From Candidatus Doudnabacteria bacterium (GTDB taxonomy: Bacteria > Patescibacteriota > Doudnabacteria > UBA920), in the NCBI GenBank assembly GCA_963768175.1, contig CAVYGQ010000001.1, positions 638,305 to 702,304 of the forward strand: DNA of 64,000 nucleotides, read 5' to 3'. Made by a program: the position numbers and the translations under genes. Numbering within the stretch: the first letter of the stretch is position 1; each line of letters begins with the position of its first letter. Positions 46,149 through 55,319 of this stretch are shown piece by piece. Under the pieces are notes generated by a model. That model saw only the letters and a list, made by a program, of their open reading frames with translations. It had not been told where the DNA came from and searched no databases.

Positions 46149-47323
46149 TAAAAATATTTGTTCTCGCGGCGGCAATGCTTATTCTGCCGCTAATATCCAA
46201 AGCCGACACCACCCATAACGGCCGCGTCTGCACCATGACTAAAAAGCAGGGGCTGGCGAGCTGCAGCGCCCACGTGCTGACCGATGCCAAAGGCCATTTT
46301 CTGGTCAGCCAATCACCCGCCGGTTTTAGCCCGAATGATTTAAAAACTGCCTATAATTTACCCGGGCGCGCTTCGGGAAATCCGATAGTGGCGATCGTGG
46401 ATTCCTACGACGACCCAACTATAAAAAACGACCTTGACGTTTTTAGCAAACAGTTTGGCTTGCCAATGTTGCCGGCGTGCAAAAGTAATGTCGCTAAATC
46501 ATCAGCCCCCTGCTTTGCCAAACTCAACCAGCGTGGCAGTTCGGCCTTGCCCAAAGCAAACGGCGGCTGGTCAGTGGAAATTGCTTTAGATGTAGAAACT
46601 GTGCACGGCATTTGCCAAAACTGCTCTATCTTATTAGTGGAAGCAACTTCACCCAATATGAAAAATTTGATGATGTCCGTGGATACAGCGGTAAAAAATG
46701 GAGCCGCTGCGGTTTCCAATTCTTACGGCGGGCCGGAATTTTCCGGAGAAGCGGCTTTTGATTCCCATTTCAACCATCCGGGCGTTGCCTTTACCGTAAG
46801 CAGCGGCGACAGCGGCTATGGCGTGGAGTATCCGGCGGCTTCGCCTTATGTTACTGCCGTGGGCGGGACCTCGCTGTATTTGGGCAACGGCGGCAAATAC
46901 AAAAACGAAGACGCCTGGAGCGGCGCCGGCTCCGGCTGCAGCCAATTTGAAGCAAAACCTTCCTGGCAAACAGATGTTAAATGCGGCGGAAGGACCGTGG
47001 CCGATGTCTCCGCGGTCGCCGATCCGGCCACAGGCGTAGCCATATACACTACAACCAGCTCCAAAGGACAAAAAGGCTGGTTCACCGTGGGCGGAACTTC
47101 TTTATCCTCACCGCTGCTTGCGGCGGTGTACGCGCTGTCGGGGAATTTACCGGCTAATGCCAACGCCAATTCCCTGCCCTATAATTTAGGCTCACGCTCA
47201 AATTTGCACGACGTGGTCGGCGGCAGCAACGGTGACTGCTCACCTGCTTATTTATGCGCCGGCAAAACCAAATACGACGGCCCCACAGGTTTGGGCAGCC
47301 CCAACGGCACCGGAGCATTTTAA
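46106..47323 (+). CDS. Secreted S8/S53-family serine peptidase, paralog 2
   Basis: Homologous to 44016..45269 (IVAIVDSYDDP..., GTSLSSPLLAA). The second ATG at 46129 gives MSNGVKIKIFVLAAAMLILPLISKA, a signal peptide, and is the more likely start. Confidence 0.6.
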   Translation: MKNLKTKNMSNGVKIKIFVLAAAMLILPLISKADTTHNGRVCTMTKKQGLASCSAHVLTDAKGHFLVSQSPAGFSPNDLKTAYNLPGRASGNPIVAIVDSYDDPTIKNDLDVFSKQFGLPMLPACKSNVAKSSAPCFAKLNQRGSSALPKANGGWSVEIALDVETVHGICQNCSILLVEATSPNMKNLMMSVDTAVKNGAAAVSNSYGGPEFSGEAAFDSHFNHPGVAFTVSSGDSGYGVEYPAASPYVTAVGGTSLYLGNGGKYKNEDAWSGAGSGCSQFEAKPSWQTDVKCGGRTVADVSAVADPATGVAIYTTTSSKGQKGWFTVGGTSLSSPLLAAVYALSGNLPANANANSLPYNLGSRSNLHDVVGGSNGDCSPAYLCAGKTKYDGPTGLGSPNGTGAF

Positions 47324-47335
47324 AAAATCACGCTT

Positions 47336-48001
47336 ATGAAAAATCGAGATTATAAAATCTTTGCCCCTAACACATTCCATCACGTTTACAATCGTGGCAA
47401 TGGTAAAATGGATATTTTTAAAGATGAGCAGGATTTTTTTAATTTTTACAAACGCCTAAATTTAGTTCTTGGAACCCAACAAGAACAAGGGGCATCCTTT
47501 TGTTGCAAAAGGATGCCCCTTGTTGGGAATTCATTGCACATTCATCCGCTGCCAAAAAAAGCCTTTAGCATACTTTGCCATTGTTTAATGCCAAACCACT
47601 TCCACTTCCTAATCCGGCAAAACTCTGACACCCCGATCAGTAGCCTGATTTCAAAATTGTGCACAAGTTATAGCATGTATTTTAACAAAAAATACGACCA
47701 TGTTGGTGGGTTATTTCAAGACCAATTTAAGTCTATTCTTATAGATAACGATCAATACCTCTTGTGGCTGTCGGCCTATATTCATCAAAACCCCGCTGTA
47801 GCCGGTTTAGTTAAGGATATAAAAGATTACCCTTACAGCAGTTATCCGGACTACCTAGGTTTACGCGTAGGAAATATTACGGACACTTTTTTAATTTTAA
47901 GCATGGCGAGCAACGACCGCAAAAACTATGAGCAATTTGTATTAGGAAATTATGAAAAAATTAAACAGCGCAAGGATTTAAGCCATCTTTTTCTTGATTA
48001 G
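47336..48001 (+). CDS. IS200/IS605-type Y1 (HUH) transposase, REP-associated (RAYT-like), with an in-frame REP-hairpin insertion
   Basis: HUH motif CLMPNHFHFLI and Tyr region YIHQNP. A roughly 54-bp perfect hairpin at 47475-47528 is translated as GTQQEQGASFCCKRMPLVGNS. Confidence 0.6.
   Translation: MKNRDYKIFAPNTFHHVYNRGNGKMDIFKDEQDFFNFYKRLNLVLGTQQEQGASFCCKRMPLVGNSLHIHPLPKKAFSILCHCLMPNHFHFLIRQNSDTPISSLISKLCTSYSMYFNKKYDHVGGLFQDQFKSILIDNDQYLLWLSAYIHQNPAVAGLVKDIKDYPYSSYPDYLGLRVGNITDTFLILSMASNDRKNYEQFVLGNYEKIKQRKDLSHLFLD
47475..47528. repeat. REP-like hairpin (ggggcatccttttgttgcaaaaggatgcccc core) inside the transposase ORF
   Basis: cccaacaagaacaaggggcatccttttgttgcaaaaggatgccccttgttggg has a stem of about 20 bp. 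Confidence 0.7.
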
Positions 48002-48006
48002 CTTAA

Positions 48007-48050
48007 TAAAAAGGGGCATCCTTTTGTTGCAAAAGGATGCCCCTTTTTAT
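48007..48050. repeat. Second copy of the REP-like hairpin directly downstream of the transposase stop
   Basis: aaaaaggggcatccttttgttgcaaaaggatgcccctttttat has the same core as 47475-47528. Confidence 0.7.
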
Positions 48051-48054
48051 CTTT

Positions 48055-48657
48055 TTATTTTATTTCCGCTACCACCACCCACCTAGCCAAAGCCGTGCCT
48101 ACGGGATAAGAAGTCTGCAAAGTCAGTAATTTTTTAGCAAAGCCGGCCTGATCCAAAACCGAAGTGTCGTTAGCCGCGACTTTATAGCTGCCGGTTACTA
48201 CATAGGTAAACTTGTTGCCTTGCCAGTCACTGATTACAATTTCCGCCCCGATGCTGATTTTTGGCAAAACCGCGAATACATTTTTATAATGCCCCTTGCT
48301 CCAAATATAGTCGGAGCTGTGGCCAAAAATATAACAATTGCCAAATTGCCCTGGGTCGGCCGTGCCGGGATAGTGGGCCACGCCGTTTATTAATGCCGCC
48401 TGAAAAGCGGTTTCGCCCGTCGTGGTAGGATACTGGATTGGCACCTGTATGCCAAGGCTGTCTACAATCAACAAATTCGGCTGCATTTTCGGATTGGCGG
48501 CAGGGACACCAACTAAATGGGTTGGCGTGACGGACGGGCGATGGAAATAAAATTTAACATTTGCCCATAAATAGCCAAAATCCAAAATCAAAAACACCGC
48601 CAGCAAGGCACCGACGACAATCAAGACTTTTTTGGGAGTAGATAACGGCATATTCAC
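48055..48657 (-). CDS. Sortase-family transpeptidase with Ser in place of the catalytic Cys
   Basis: N-terminal TM anchor. His motif GNCYIFGHSSDY. Active-site motif LTLQTSYPVG (TLxTC normally), where the codon is TCT. Conserved Arg (ALARWVV). Confidence 0.65.
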   Translation of the reverse strand: MNMPLSTPKKVLIVVGALLAVFLILDFGYLWANVKFYFHRPSVTPTHLVGVPAANPKMQPNLLIVDSLGIQVPIQYPTTTGETAFQAALINGVAHYPGTADPGQFGNCYIFGHSSDYIWSKGHYKNVFAVLPKISIGAEIVISDWQGNKFTYVVTGSYKVAANDTSVLDQAGFAKKLLTLQTSYPVGTALARWVVVAEIK

Positions 48658-48732
48658 ATTATAACATTTAAAAAGCCCGTCCTTTGTTCCAATAAAATCG
48701 CGGGATAAGAATCGGGCTTTTTAAATTTCTGG

Positions 48733-51258
48733 TTAAACCAGTTTAAACTTTTTATCCAGCAAGGCTAAGACTGCCCCAAAAATCAGGAAGGTAAAGCCAA
48801 TTGGCATTCCCGTGCGGGGTAAATGAGTGCTTGCGCCTAAAACTTTGGGCATTTGCAAATTAGAAGCGCTCGTACTGGTGCTCAAAACCTGTCCTTGAGG
48901 AACTCCGCCGCCAGATGAACTTCCGCCTCCACCGCCTCCACCACCGCCGGAGTTAGTATCGGCTGGGTTGTTATTTTGTCCGCCTGTGTTTCCCGAATCT
49001 CCGGAATTGGGATTGTCGCCCGCTAAACCAGTTGAATCCGGCGTATTTGTGGCTGTCAAAACAGTTAAAGTATTTTGATTATTATCCAGATTGGTTTCCG
49101 GCCCGTTGCCAAAGATATGAGCAAAAAAGTTGTCCGGCGTACCGCCGTTTTGATCCTGCAAAGTCGTCAGTTGGAGATCCACATTGCCGGCCGCGTTTGG
49201 CGCGAGCTTGCCTAAATAAAACTCAATGTCTCCGGGAGCAAGCGTTTGATAAGTGGAAGTCGCCTGCGAACCGTCCGACAGAGAAGCCTGCGCGGCATTT
49301 AAAGCAAACAGCGTGGGGTCATATTTCCATTCCAGCCGGGAGTCGGCCATGGAAGCCTGCCCCTGGTTGGCAAAACCGGCATTAATATTTACCGGCGAAT
49401 TGGCCGCGTCCGGAATAGGATTCTGGTCTACGGTTTGGCTGATCGACAAGTCGGGATAGCCAAACACAATGTTGCCCTGCCAGTCCCCGTAAATATTAAC
49501 CAGCCCCACATACAAATCGGAGTTTACTAAATTGGCATTGGCAAAATTCAACACGTTGGCTAAGGCCGTGGCATTGCCGGTGGTAATGCTATCATACTTA
49601 ATGTCGCCCCCAGCCGAGGTAATACCGTTTTGGCCGGTAGTGGCATTAACCGTAATATTATTATTTATGGTAGCCTGATTGCTATTATTTATATCCACCG
49701 TGGTTATGTCGGTGCTGGAAGCGGAAGCGCCGCCGCCATCCGACGAAGATCCCGGGTCTGTCGAGGTGGGCGCGGTTATATTTTGCTGATTTTGCGAATC
49801 AGCCGGCGCAGTATCTGCGGGGGTTGACGTGGGCGAATCAACTGGTGTCTGTAATTGAGACATCAGCTGGGATTGCAACGCGGGGTCGGAACTGGACACA
49901 AATGTAAAGCCTGTCGGTTCATAGTTTAAGGTCACGGATGAAGGCAAAGAATAAATATGCCCTGACCAGTTACCCATAATATTTATCAATCCCAAAAACC
50001 ATTCGCTGTTATACACCGTAAGATTGGTTACGTTTTGGACATTGGATACGGCTGAACTGGCGCCGGTGTTGACGGCTACGTTTTTCACGTCGCCCGAAGT
50101 TCCCCTGGCGTCCGGCACGGCTTGTACGATATTATCGCCTGTGTCGGTCTGCACTACGACATTGTTGCTAATGCTGGAATCATTGCTGTTGTTAATATTT
50201 AATATGACTTTTTCTACCTGGCTGACGTCGCTGTTGCCATTCGCGCCCAGGGACATAACGTCGGTAAAATACAGCTCCGAAGGCATGATTAAATCGCCGG
50301 TCCAGCCGCCAAAAACGTTAAAAGTCACAATCGTCCAGGTGGAATTGACCGCGTTCGCGTTTACAATGTTCAGCACGTTGACCACGGCATTCACATTGCC
50401 AGTGGTGATTGAATCGTTCTTTATGTCGCCGCCATTGGAGTTCATCTGGTTGCCGCCGGTGTTGCCGTTTAAAGCCACGTCGTTATCAATATTGGCGATA
50501 TTCTGGTTGGTCAGCTTAAAAGTGGTAATACTCTGGCAGCTCACGTTGCCGCTACTGCAGATGGGGCTGACCAAGTCCTGCGTACGCTCCCCGGCGCTTA
50601 ATTCCGGCTGGTTCATATAGAGGTCGGCCGCCAGCTTGTTAAAGGTGTCATTCATCTCCACGATCTGGGAATTAACCAGATTGATGTTGGCCACGGTTAG
50701 CACGTTGGCGTAAACATTTACATCCCCCGTGGTGGTGGTCGCGTTTTTAATATCGCCGTCGGTTTGGGTAAGATTTAAACCAGTATTGGCCGTGGAAGTA
50801 GCGGTGGTTGTTGCGTTAAGATTATTAATATTGAGAATCTCAAGAGTGGTAGTGCTGTCGCTGGTTGAGGAGGCATTCGACGGATCGGTTGGCGGCAGAA
50901 CTGACGTGTCAGGGGTGCTGGTGGAGGTGGTATCCGGAGTGGATGAGGCGTCGGTTAAACTAGGATCGGTGGAGGTGGCAGATGGGTCTGGCGTTTGGGT
51001 GGTAGCATCAGGGGTGCTGGTGGAGTAAGCGGCTTGGGTATCCACAGGCACTGAATTGTCAGGACTGCCGCCGGTGGCTTGCTGCTCGGCGGGATTATTG
51101 GTGTTGTTGGCGTCGTTGATTATTGTCGGATCATCCGCCAAAGCTGCCAGAGGCCGGACCAGCATAACGGACAAAACCGCAATCGCGGCAAGCTTAAAAA
51201 CGGGCAAATTAAATTTGTGCGATGGTTTTGATGAAATTTTAATTACGGTTTCGGGCAT
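48733..51258 (-). CDS. LPXTG-anchored surface protein with internal beta-rich repeats
   Basis: 841 aa. Signal/TM at the N-terminus. Thr/Ser/Asp-rich. Repeats GDIKN(A/D)(T/S)ITTG(D/N)VN...NVLN..N.N.VNS occur at least three times. C-terminal LPRTG followed by a hydrophobic stretch and KKFK. Confidence 0.75.
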   Translation of the reverse strand: MPETVIKISSKPSHKFNLPVFKLAAIAVLSVMLVRPLAALADDPTIINDANNTNNPAEQQATGGSPDNSVPVDTQAAYSTSTPDATTQTPDPSATSTDPSLTDASSTPDTTSTSTPDTSVLPPTDPSNASSTSDSTTTLEILNINNLNATTTATSTANTGLNLTQTDGDIKNATTTTGDVNVYANVLTVANINLVNSQIVEMNDTFNKLAADLYMNQPELSAGERTQDLVSPICSSGNVSCQSITTFKLTNQNIANIDNDVALNGNTGGNQMNSNGGDIKNDSITTGNVNAVVNVLNIVNANAVNSTWTIVTFNVFGGWTGDLIMPSELYFTDVMSLGANGNSDVSQVEKVILNINNSNDSSISNNVVVQTDTGDNIVQAVPDARGTSGDVKNVAVNTGASSAVSNVQNVTNLTVYNSEWFLGLINIMGNWSGHIYSLPSSVTLNYEPTGFTFVSSSDPALQSQLMSQLQTPVDSPTSTPADTAPADSQNQQNITAPTSTDPGSSSDGGGASASSTDITTVDINNSNQATINNNITVNATTGQNGITSAGGDIKYDSITTGNATALANVLNFANANLVNSDLYVGLVNIYGDWQGNIVFGYPDLSISQTVDQNPIPDAANSPVNINAGFANQGQASMADSRLEWKYDPTLFALNAAQASLSDGSQATSTYQTLAPGDIEFYLGKLAPNAAGNVDLQLTTLQDQNGGTPDNFFAHIFGNGPETNLDNNQNTLTVLTATNTPDSTGLAGDNPNSGDSGNTGGQNNNPADTNSGGGGGGGGGSSSGGGVPQGQVLSTSTSASNLQMPKVLGASTHLPRTGMPIGFTFLIFGAVLALLDKKFKLV

Positions 51259-51494
51259 ATAAATAACGATTTGTTAATAAACCTAAATTCGCTCCCATCC
51301 GCCAAAATACGGCGGACAAAAGTGGATTTATGTTGATCTCCTTCCCAAACGCCAAAATTTGATCCCTGAGCTTGTCGAACGGGTCAAATTTTGTCCTAAA
51401 TTTATGGCCTTCTAACAGATTCAGTCAACAACTATTTAGTTTTGAAATACACTCGTGTAGTTTTTTAAGAGGACAGGCATCACTAAAGCTCTTT

Positions 51495-51530
51495 GCGATG
51501 GGCATCCCGATATATCGGGATGCCCATCGC
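51495..51530. repeat. Perfect 36-bp palindrome
   Basis: GCGATGGGCATCCCGATATATCGGGATGCCCATCGC. Confidence 0.6.
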
Positions 51531-51577
51531 CCATTTATTTGGCAAAAAACTAACTTTTTTCCAAATATTCTAACTAG

Positions 51578-51826
51578 CTAGCGCAAAACAGTAGTCATAA
51601 TAGTATTGCCGGTAGTGGCTACTGTGCTATTGGCAACAGTCGCGCCGGCAATAATGCCAGTGTGACTAACGTCGCCCATCATTGAGCCGGCATGGTTGAG
51701 GCCGGTAGAGGAGCCTGCAACAACACCATTAAGCACCTCAGAACCGTTAGCATTGGAAACACCAGCAAAGTTCTTGCTGACGGCTAGGGCAGAAGATGTA
51801 CCACCGCGGTCTGAACCAACGGTCAC
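51578..51826 (-). CDS. Gly/Ser/Thr/Ala-rich low-complexity small protein with an uncertain 5' end that abuts the IS3 end
   Basis: The track ORF starts at a GTG. The frame stays open upstream into the IS3 terminal repeat (...KKWVPYTSSVTAPSGAAEATDPEV...). Confidence 0.3.
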   Translation of the reverse strand: MTVGSDRGGTSSALAVSKNFAGVSNANGSEVLNGVVAGSSTGLNHAGSMMGDVSHTGIIAGATVANSTVATTGNTIMTTVLR

Positions 51827-51923
51827 TTCCGGATCCGTGGCTTCAGCTGCTCCGGACGGAGCGGTAACTGAAGAAGTGTAAGGTACCCATTTCTTTAGGC
51901 ACCTTCTCTGCGGTTTTTTAAGG

Positions 51924-52763
51924 TTAAGTTAATGATACTTGATTCCGCTGCCGGTCGGCAAATGCTGACGGCGGCATTTTTAATGATGTATGGATTCTGT
52001 CGTGGTTGTAGCTGTAGATGAGGAGGTAAATTTCGGCCGTTAGCTCTCCCAAGGTCTTAAACCTCCCCGGATCACCTAAGTCAGTCTTGAGCTTGCCATA
52101 AAAGGATTCTTGGTAGCCGTTCTCCCACGGTGATGATTTGTGGCTCATGGAAATTGTAATACCGGCCTGTTCGGCCAGCCTACAGTAGGTTCGGGATTTG
52201 TATTCTTGCCCCTGGTCGGAATGGAGATATTTGGCCGCCGGATGTTTTTCCAGTGCGTCAATTAAAGCCAGTAGAACTAGCTGGCTGCTATGCGCGGTCC
52301 AGACTGACCAGCCGACAACCTCCCTGGTGAATAAATCTATTATCGTCGCCAGGTAAACAAACCGGCCGTGGAATGATATGTAGGTAAAGTCACTGACCCA
52401 GACAATTCCCGGCTCTTCTGGAAACGGAATCAGCATCAGCCAGTTTTGGTAAGGAGCGGAAATTTGTCCCAAATCCCTTGCTTTTCTTAGCTTTCTGCCT
52501 GTCCTGCGGTAAGGCTTAATACCAAACAGCCTCATGGTGCGCCGGATTCTTTTCTTGTTAACATGTAGCGCCGGAGCCAGCCGTTTGTGGCCGTAGCTGG
52601 GGTGGTCATGCAGGGTTTGTTCAATGCGGATTTTAAGGAGCCAGTCTTTTTGCGGCAGGGTAGGTTCGTAATACAGACTGGCTCTGCTGACTCCCAAGCT
52701 CCTGGCCAACTCGGTCTTAGTCGGATTTTCAAGGTGCATAGCGGCGGACAGGTCTTCAACCAA
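51924..52763 (-). CDS. IS3-family transposase OrfB (DDE/rve integrase domain)
   Basis: 279 aa. rve-type catalytic region. Confidence 0.75.
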   Translation of the reverse strand: MVEDLSAAMHLENPTKTELARSLGVSRASLYYEPTLPQKDWLLKIRIEQTLHDHPSYGHKRLAPALHVNKKRIRRTMRLFGIKPYRRTGRKLRKARDLGQISAPYQNWLMLIPFPEEPGIVWVSDFTYISFHGRFVYLATIIDLFTREVVGWSVWTAHSSQLVLLALIDALEKHPAAKYLHSDQGQEYKSRTYCRLAEQAGITISMSHKSSPWENGYQESFYGKLKTDLGDPGRFKTLGELTAEIYLLIYSYNHDRIHTSLKMPPSAFADRQRNQVSLT

Positions 52764-53022
52764 TGTCCTTTTTTTCCGCCAATGACAGTTTGACTGTCAG
52801 CCGGCCGATAATCTCGTGGAGGGTTTGATTTTCCCGCTTCAGGCGGGAGAGTTCAAGCACGGACGGCGGAGCTGTAACCCCTTTGGCTATCCAGCCGTAA
52901 ATGGTTTGGGTGGACAGGCCGTGCTCCTCGGCCGCCTGGGTGACGCTGACACCTTCTTCCTTAATTCGTTTTAGAATTTGAGTTTTAACTTCCGGACTGA
53001 CTTTGTATTTGCCTTTGGGCAT
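52756..53022 (-). CDS. IS3-family transposase OrfA (HTH)
   Basis: 88 aa with an HTH (LSTQTIYGWIAK) and a leucine-zipper-like C-terminus. Confidence 0.7.
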   Translation of the reverse strand: MPKGKYKVSPEVKTQILKRIKEEGVSVTQAAEEHGLSTQTIYGWIAKGVTAPPSVLELSRLKRENQTLHEIIGRLTVKLSLAEKKDIG

Positions 53023-53122
53023 AAAGTTAGATTCCTTTCTAGCCTTATTATACCTCAGACTAAGTGTCTAGAATTTGGGGTACCTGTCATTCATCTATTT
53101 AAATATAACACTTATTTGAGCA

Positions 53123-53383
53123 CTAGTAAACAAATTCCCCTTTATTTCTCCACCATCTATCAACAAACATGTAACGGACTCTTCCCCGAATTCCTTTTCT
53201 GGCGACTACAAAAATCCAAAAAAAAGAGGCAGGCCCGAATCTCCGGCCAACAAAAGCGACCGCCTGCTCCGGCGACTCAGCTTTAGTGTAAGCGACGAAC
53301 TTTCTTTTCTTCCCGTTAGTATCAAAAACTGCGTACAACTCTTTCTCTTTCTCTTGCTTCTCACTCGGCCTCATAAACGACAT
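53123..53383 (-). CDS. Hypothetical protein
   Basis: 86-aa ORF next to the IS. Confidence 0.25.
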   Translation of the reverse strand: MSFMRPSEKQEKEKELYAVFDTNGKKRKFVAYTKAESPEQAVAFVGRRFGPASFFWIFVVARKGIRGRVRYMFVDRWWRNKGEFVY

Positions 53384-53628
53384 TCGTACCTGCCTGGCAT
53401 AAATAAGAAAAAGCTTACATTATCTCATTACTCCGACGCCAGAAAGCCCCGGGCTCCTGCCCGGGGATGAATGGCTTTCTGGGTCGGAGTGCCGACCTCG
53501 CGAAGCGAGCGTCGGAGCCCCCGAGAGGCCCCGGCCTCCCGGCCGGGGAGCATCACTACAATCTTGAACGGTCTTATTGACATATCCAGAATTAATACAT
53601 ACAATTTACAAACCAAAGGAGGAGAAAG

Positions 53629-54630
53629 GTGTCAAACTGTAAGCCCGGAAACGGGAAGGTTTTGCAGTTGGAACAGACTTTAGCTATCAAGCTCACCCTC
53701 CCGTTGAGGACAATCCACCACCATCTCACACAGATGATGCTGGAAGTCCAGCGGGAGATTAACGGCTGCGGCTACAGAAGGATTTCCACCAAAGAACTTC
53801 GGCCTGTGAAGCGGATGGCCGAGTTTGAGGCAGAGCTGCGGGCGAGCGAAGATGCGCCGCGGCGTGAGTATGTGCTCCGGCGAATTGCGAAATTCTACAA
53901 AATCCACCGGCTGCTTCAGGCGGGCCTTAGCGAGAGCTACGAATCGCTCGTCTATTACGCGGCCGAACTTCGTCGGCAAGCTGAGTGTGCGCGAGAAGCT
54001 CGCCAAGAAACCAAACGGGATGGCGCCCGTGACCAAAACAGCATCTCGGTGGCCGAAGAAATCACCGCCGACTTTGGCTTCTTGAGGATGGAAGAGGTGG
54101 CGTTGGGCGGCCTCGGCGCAGGCGGTTACAAACACCCCAAGGTTGAAGCTCTAATCACGCAGTGCCGGAATCTCGCGCTTCTTAAGCGCCGCTGTTTGGT
54201 GTTTGTGGGTAATAAGCTGCTGGGGGAAACGCTGGCAGACAAGCTTTGGGCGAGCGGAATCCGCGCAGTAACACTCATGGGTGCGCGCTCAGGAAACCAG
54301 CGTAGGCACGAACAGGCGGTGCAGAAGTTTCTAGGCGGCCAGGCGGATGTCCTTATCTGCACTTCTGTGCTGGAATCGGAAAAAGCCTTCCCTGAATTAG
54401 AAGCAGGGGGGATAATCTGCTACACCCTCCCGCACACGAAGGGTTCCAAAGAGGCCCGCAGTGCCCGCGGCCCCAGCGACGAAATGAGCTTTATCACCAA
54501 CCTGGTGGCTAGCCAGAGCCCGGATTGCACGTTCTGGTTGCTCAGGCGCGAACTTCAAAAAGAGGCCGCCGAACAGGCGATCCAAGGAACACAGCCTCCA
54601 GTCCAAATGGATTTGGGTTTGACATCGTAG
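53629..54630 (+). CDS. Protein containing only a superfamily-2 helicase C-terminal domain, in a GC-rich island
   Basis: VFVGNKLLGETLADKLWASGIRAVTLMGARSGNQRRHEQAVQKFLGGQADVLICTSVLESEKAFPELEAGGIICYTLPHTKGSKEARSARG corresponds to helicase motifs IV-VI. No DEAD/Walker N-terminal domain. GC about 58-60%. Confidence 0.45.
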   Translation: MSNCKPGNGKVLQLEQTLAIKLTLPLRTIHHHLTQMMLEVQREINGCGYRRISTKELRPVKRMAEFEAELRASEDAPRREYVLRRIAKFYKIHRLLQAGLSESYESLVYYAAELRRQAECAREARQETKRDGARDQNSISVAEEITADFGFLRMEEVALGGLGAGGYKHPKVEALITQCRNLALLKRRCLVFVGNKLLGETLADKLWASGIRAVTLMGARSGNQRRHEQAVQKFLGGQADVLICTSVLESEKAFPELEAGGIICYTLPHTKGSKEARSARGPSDEMSFITNLVASQSPDCTFWLLRRELQKEAAEQAIQGTQPPVQMDLGLTS

Positions 54631-54996
54631 CCTTTACAGTGGGTTTCCCGGCCAACCGTTGGGAAATCCACTTCTTTTTTTATTGCCAAAACCCCGGAAA
54701 AGTCCAGACAGGTTCGAATATCCCATCTCCCTGTAACAAAAAAATCCTTAATTAAAAGGATCTTTTTTGGCTCGACATCGGTAACTGCCTCCTTGGATTT
54801 GGTGTGAATATTTTAGCATAAAACCCAGCGGCATGGTACTGTAAAACAATCTCCCTTGCCGTCTTATTGATTGGACGGTTTTTTAGAAACAAAACTTAAA
54901 AGCCTAAAATATAATAATTATGGCTAACCGGCTTGCAATCCCCCGCCCAAACGTTATACTATAACCAACAGGAACAATAAAATTAAGCTTATTTTT

Positions 54997-55191
54997 ATGC
55001 CGGAACTAGAAAATAGGGAAAAAATTTTTAATTTGCCGGTCGCGGAAGCCGACCACCACGGGCACCACCACTGCCCGAAATGTCAAACAGATAAAGGGAC
55101 TTTGCCTGCCGGCACATATACCTGTGAGGTTGAAAATTGCGGCACAAAATTTGTAGTAAAAGATTTGGAATTGAAGGAGAAAAAAGAATAG
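54997..55191 (+). CDS. Small zinc-ribbon protein
   Basis: CPKC...(17)...CEVENC. 64 aa. Terminator hairpin follows (ccgctcgtaaaagagcgggtttttt). Confidence 0.45.
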   Translation: MPELENREKIFNLPVAEADHHGHHHCPKCQTDKGTLPAGTYTCEVENCGTKFVVKDLELKEKKE

Positions 55192-55319
55192 GATAGCCAA
55201 ATGAGTTCCAACTTTTACCCGCTCGTAAAAGAGCGGGTTTTTTGTTACAGACTCCCCCCGGCGGAATCCTTTCAACACAAAACCCCATTTTTGCCAAAAG
55301 TTGCTATAATTATATTGCA

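Larger units (their letters stand above)
51875..53098 (-). mobile_element. IS3-family insertion sequence (orfA/orfB with a -1 frameshift site)
   Basis: About 1.2 kb. Imperfect terminal inverted repeats (gtaaggtaccca... / ...tggggtacctgtca). orfA and orfB overlap at an A7G slippery run (52760-52775). Confidence 0.7.
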
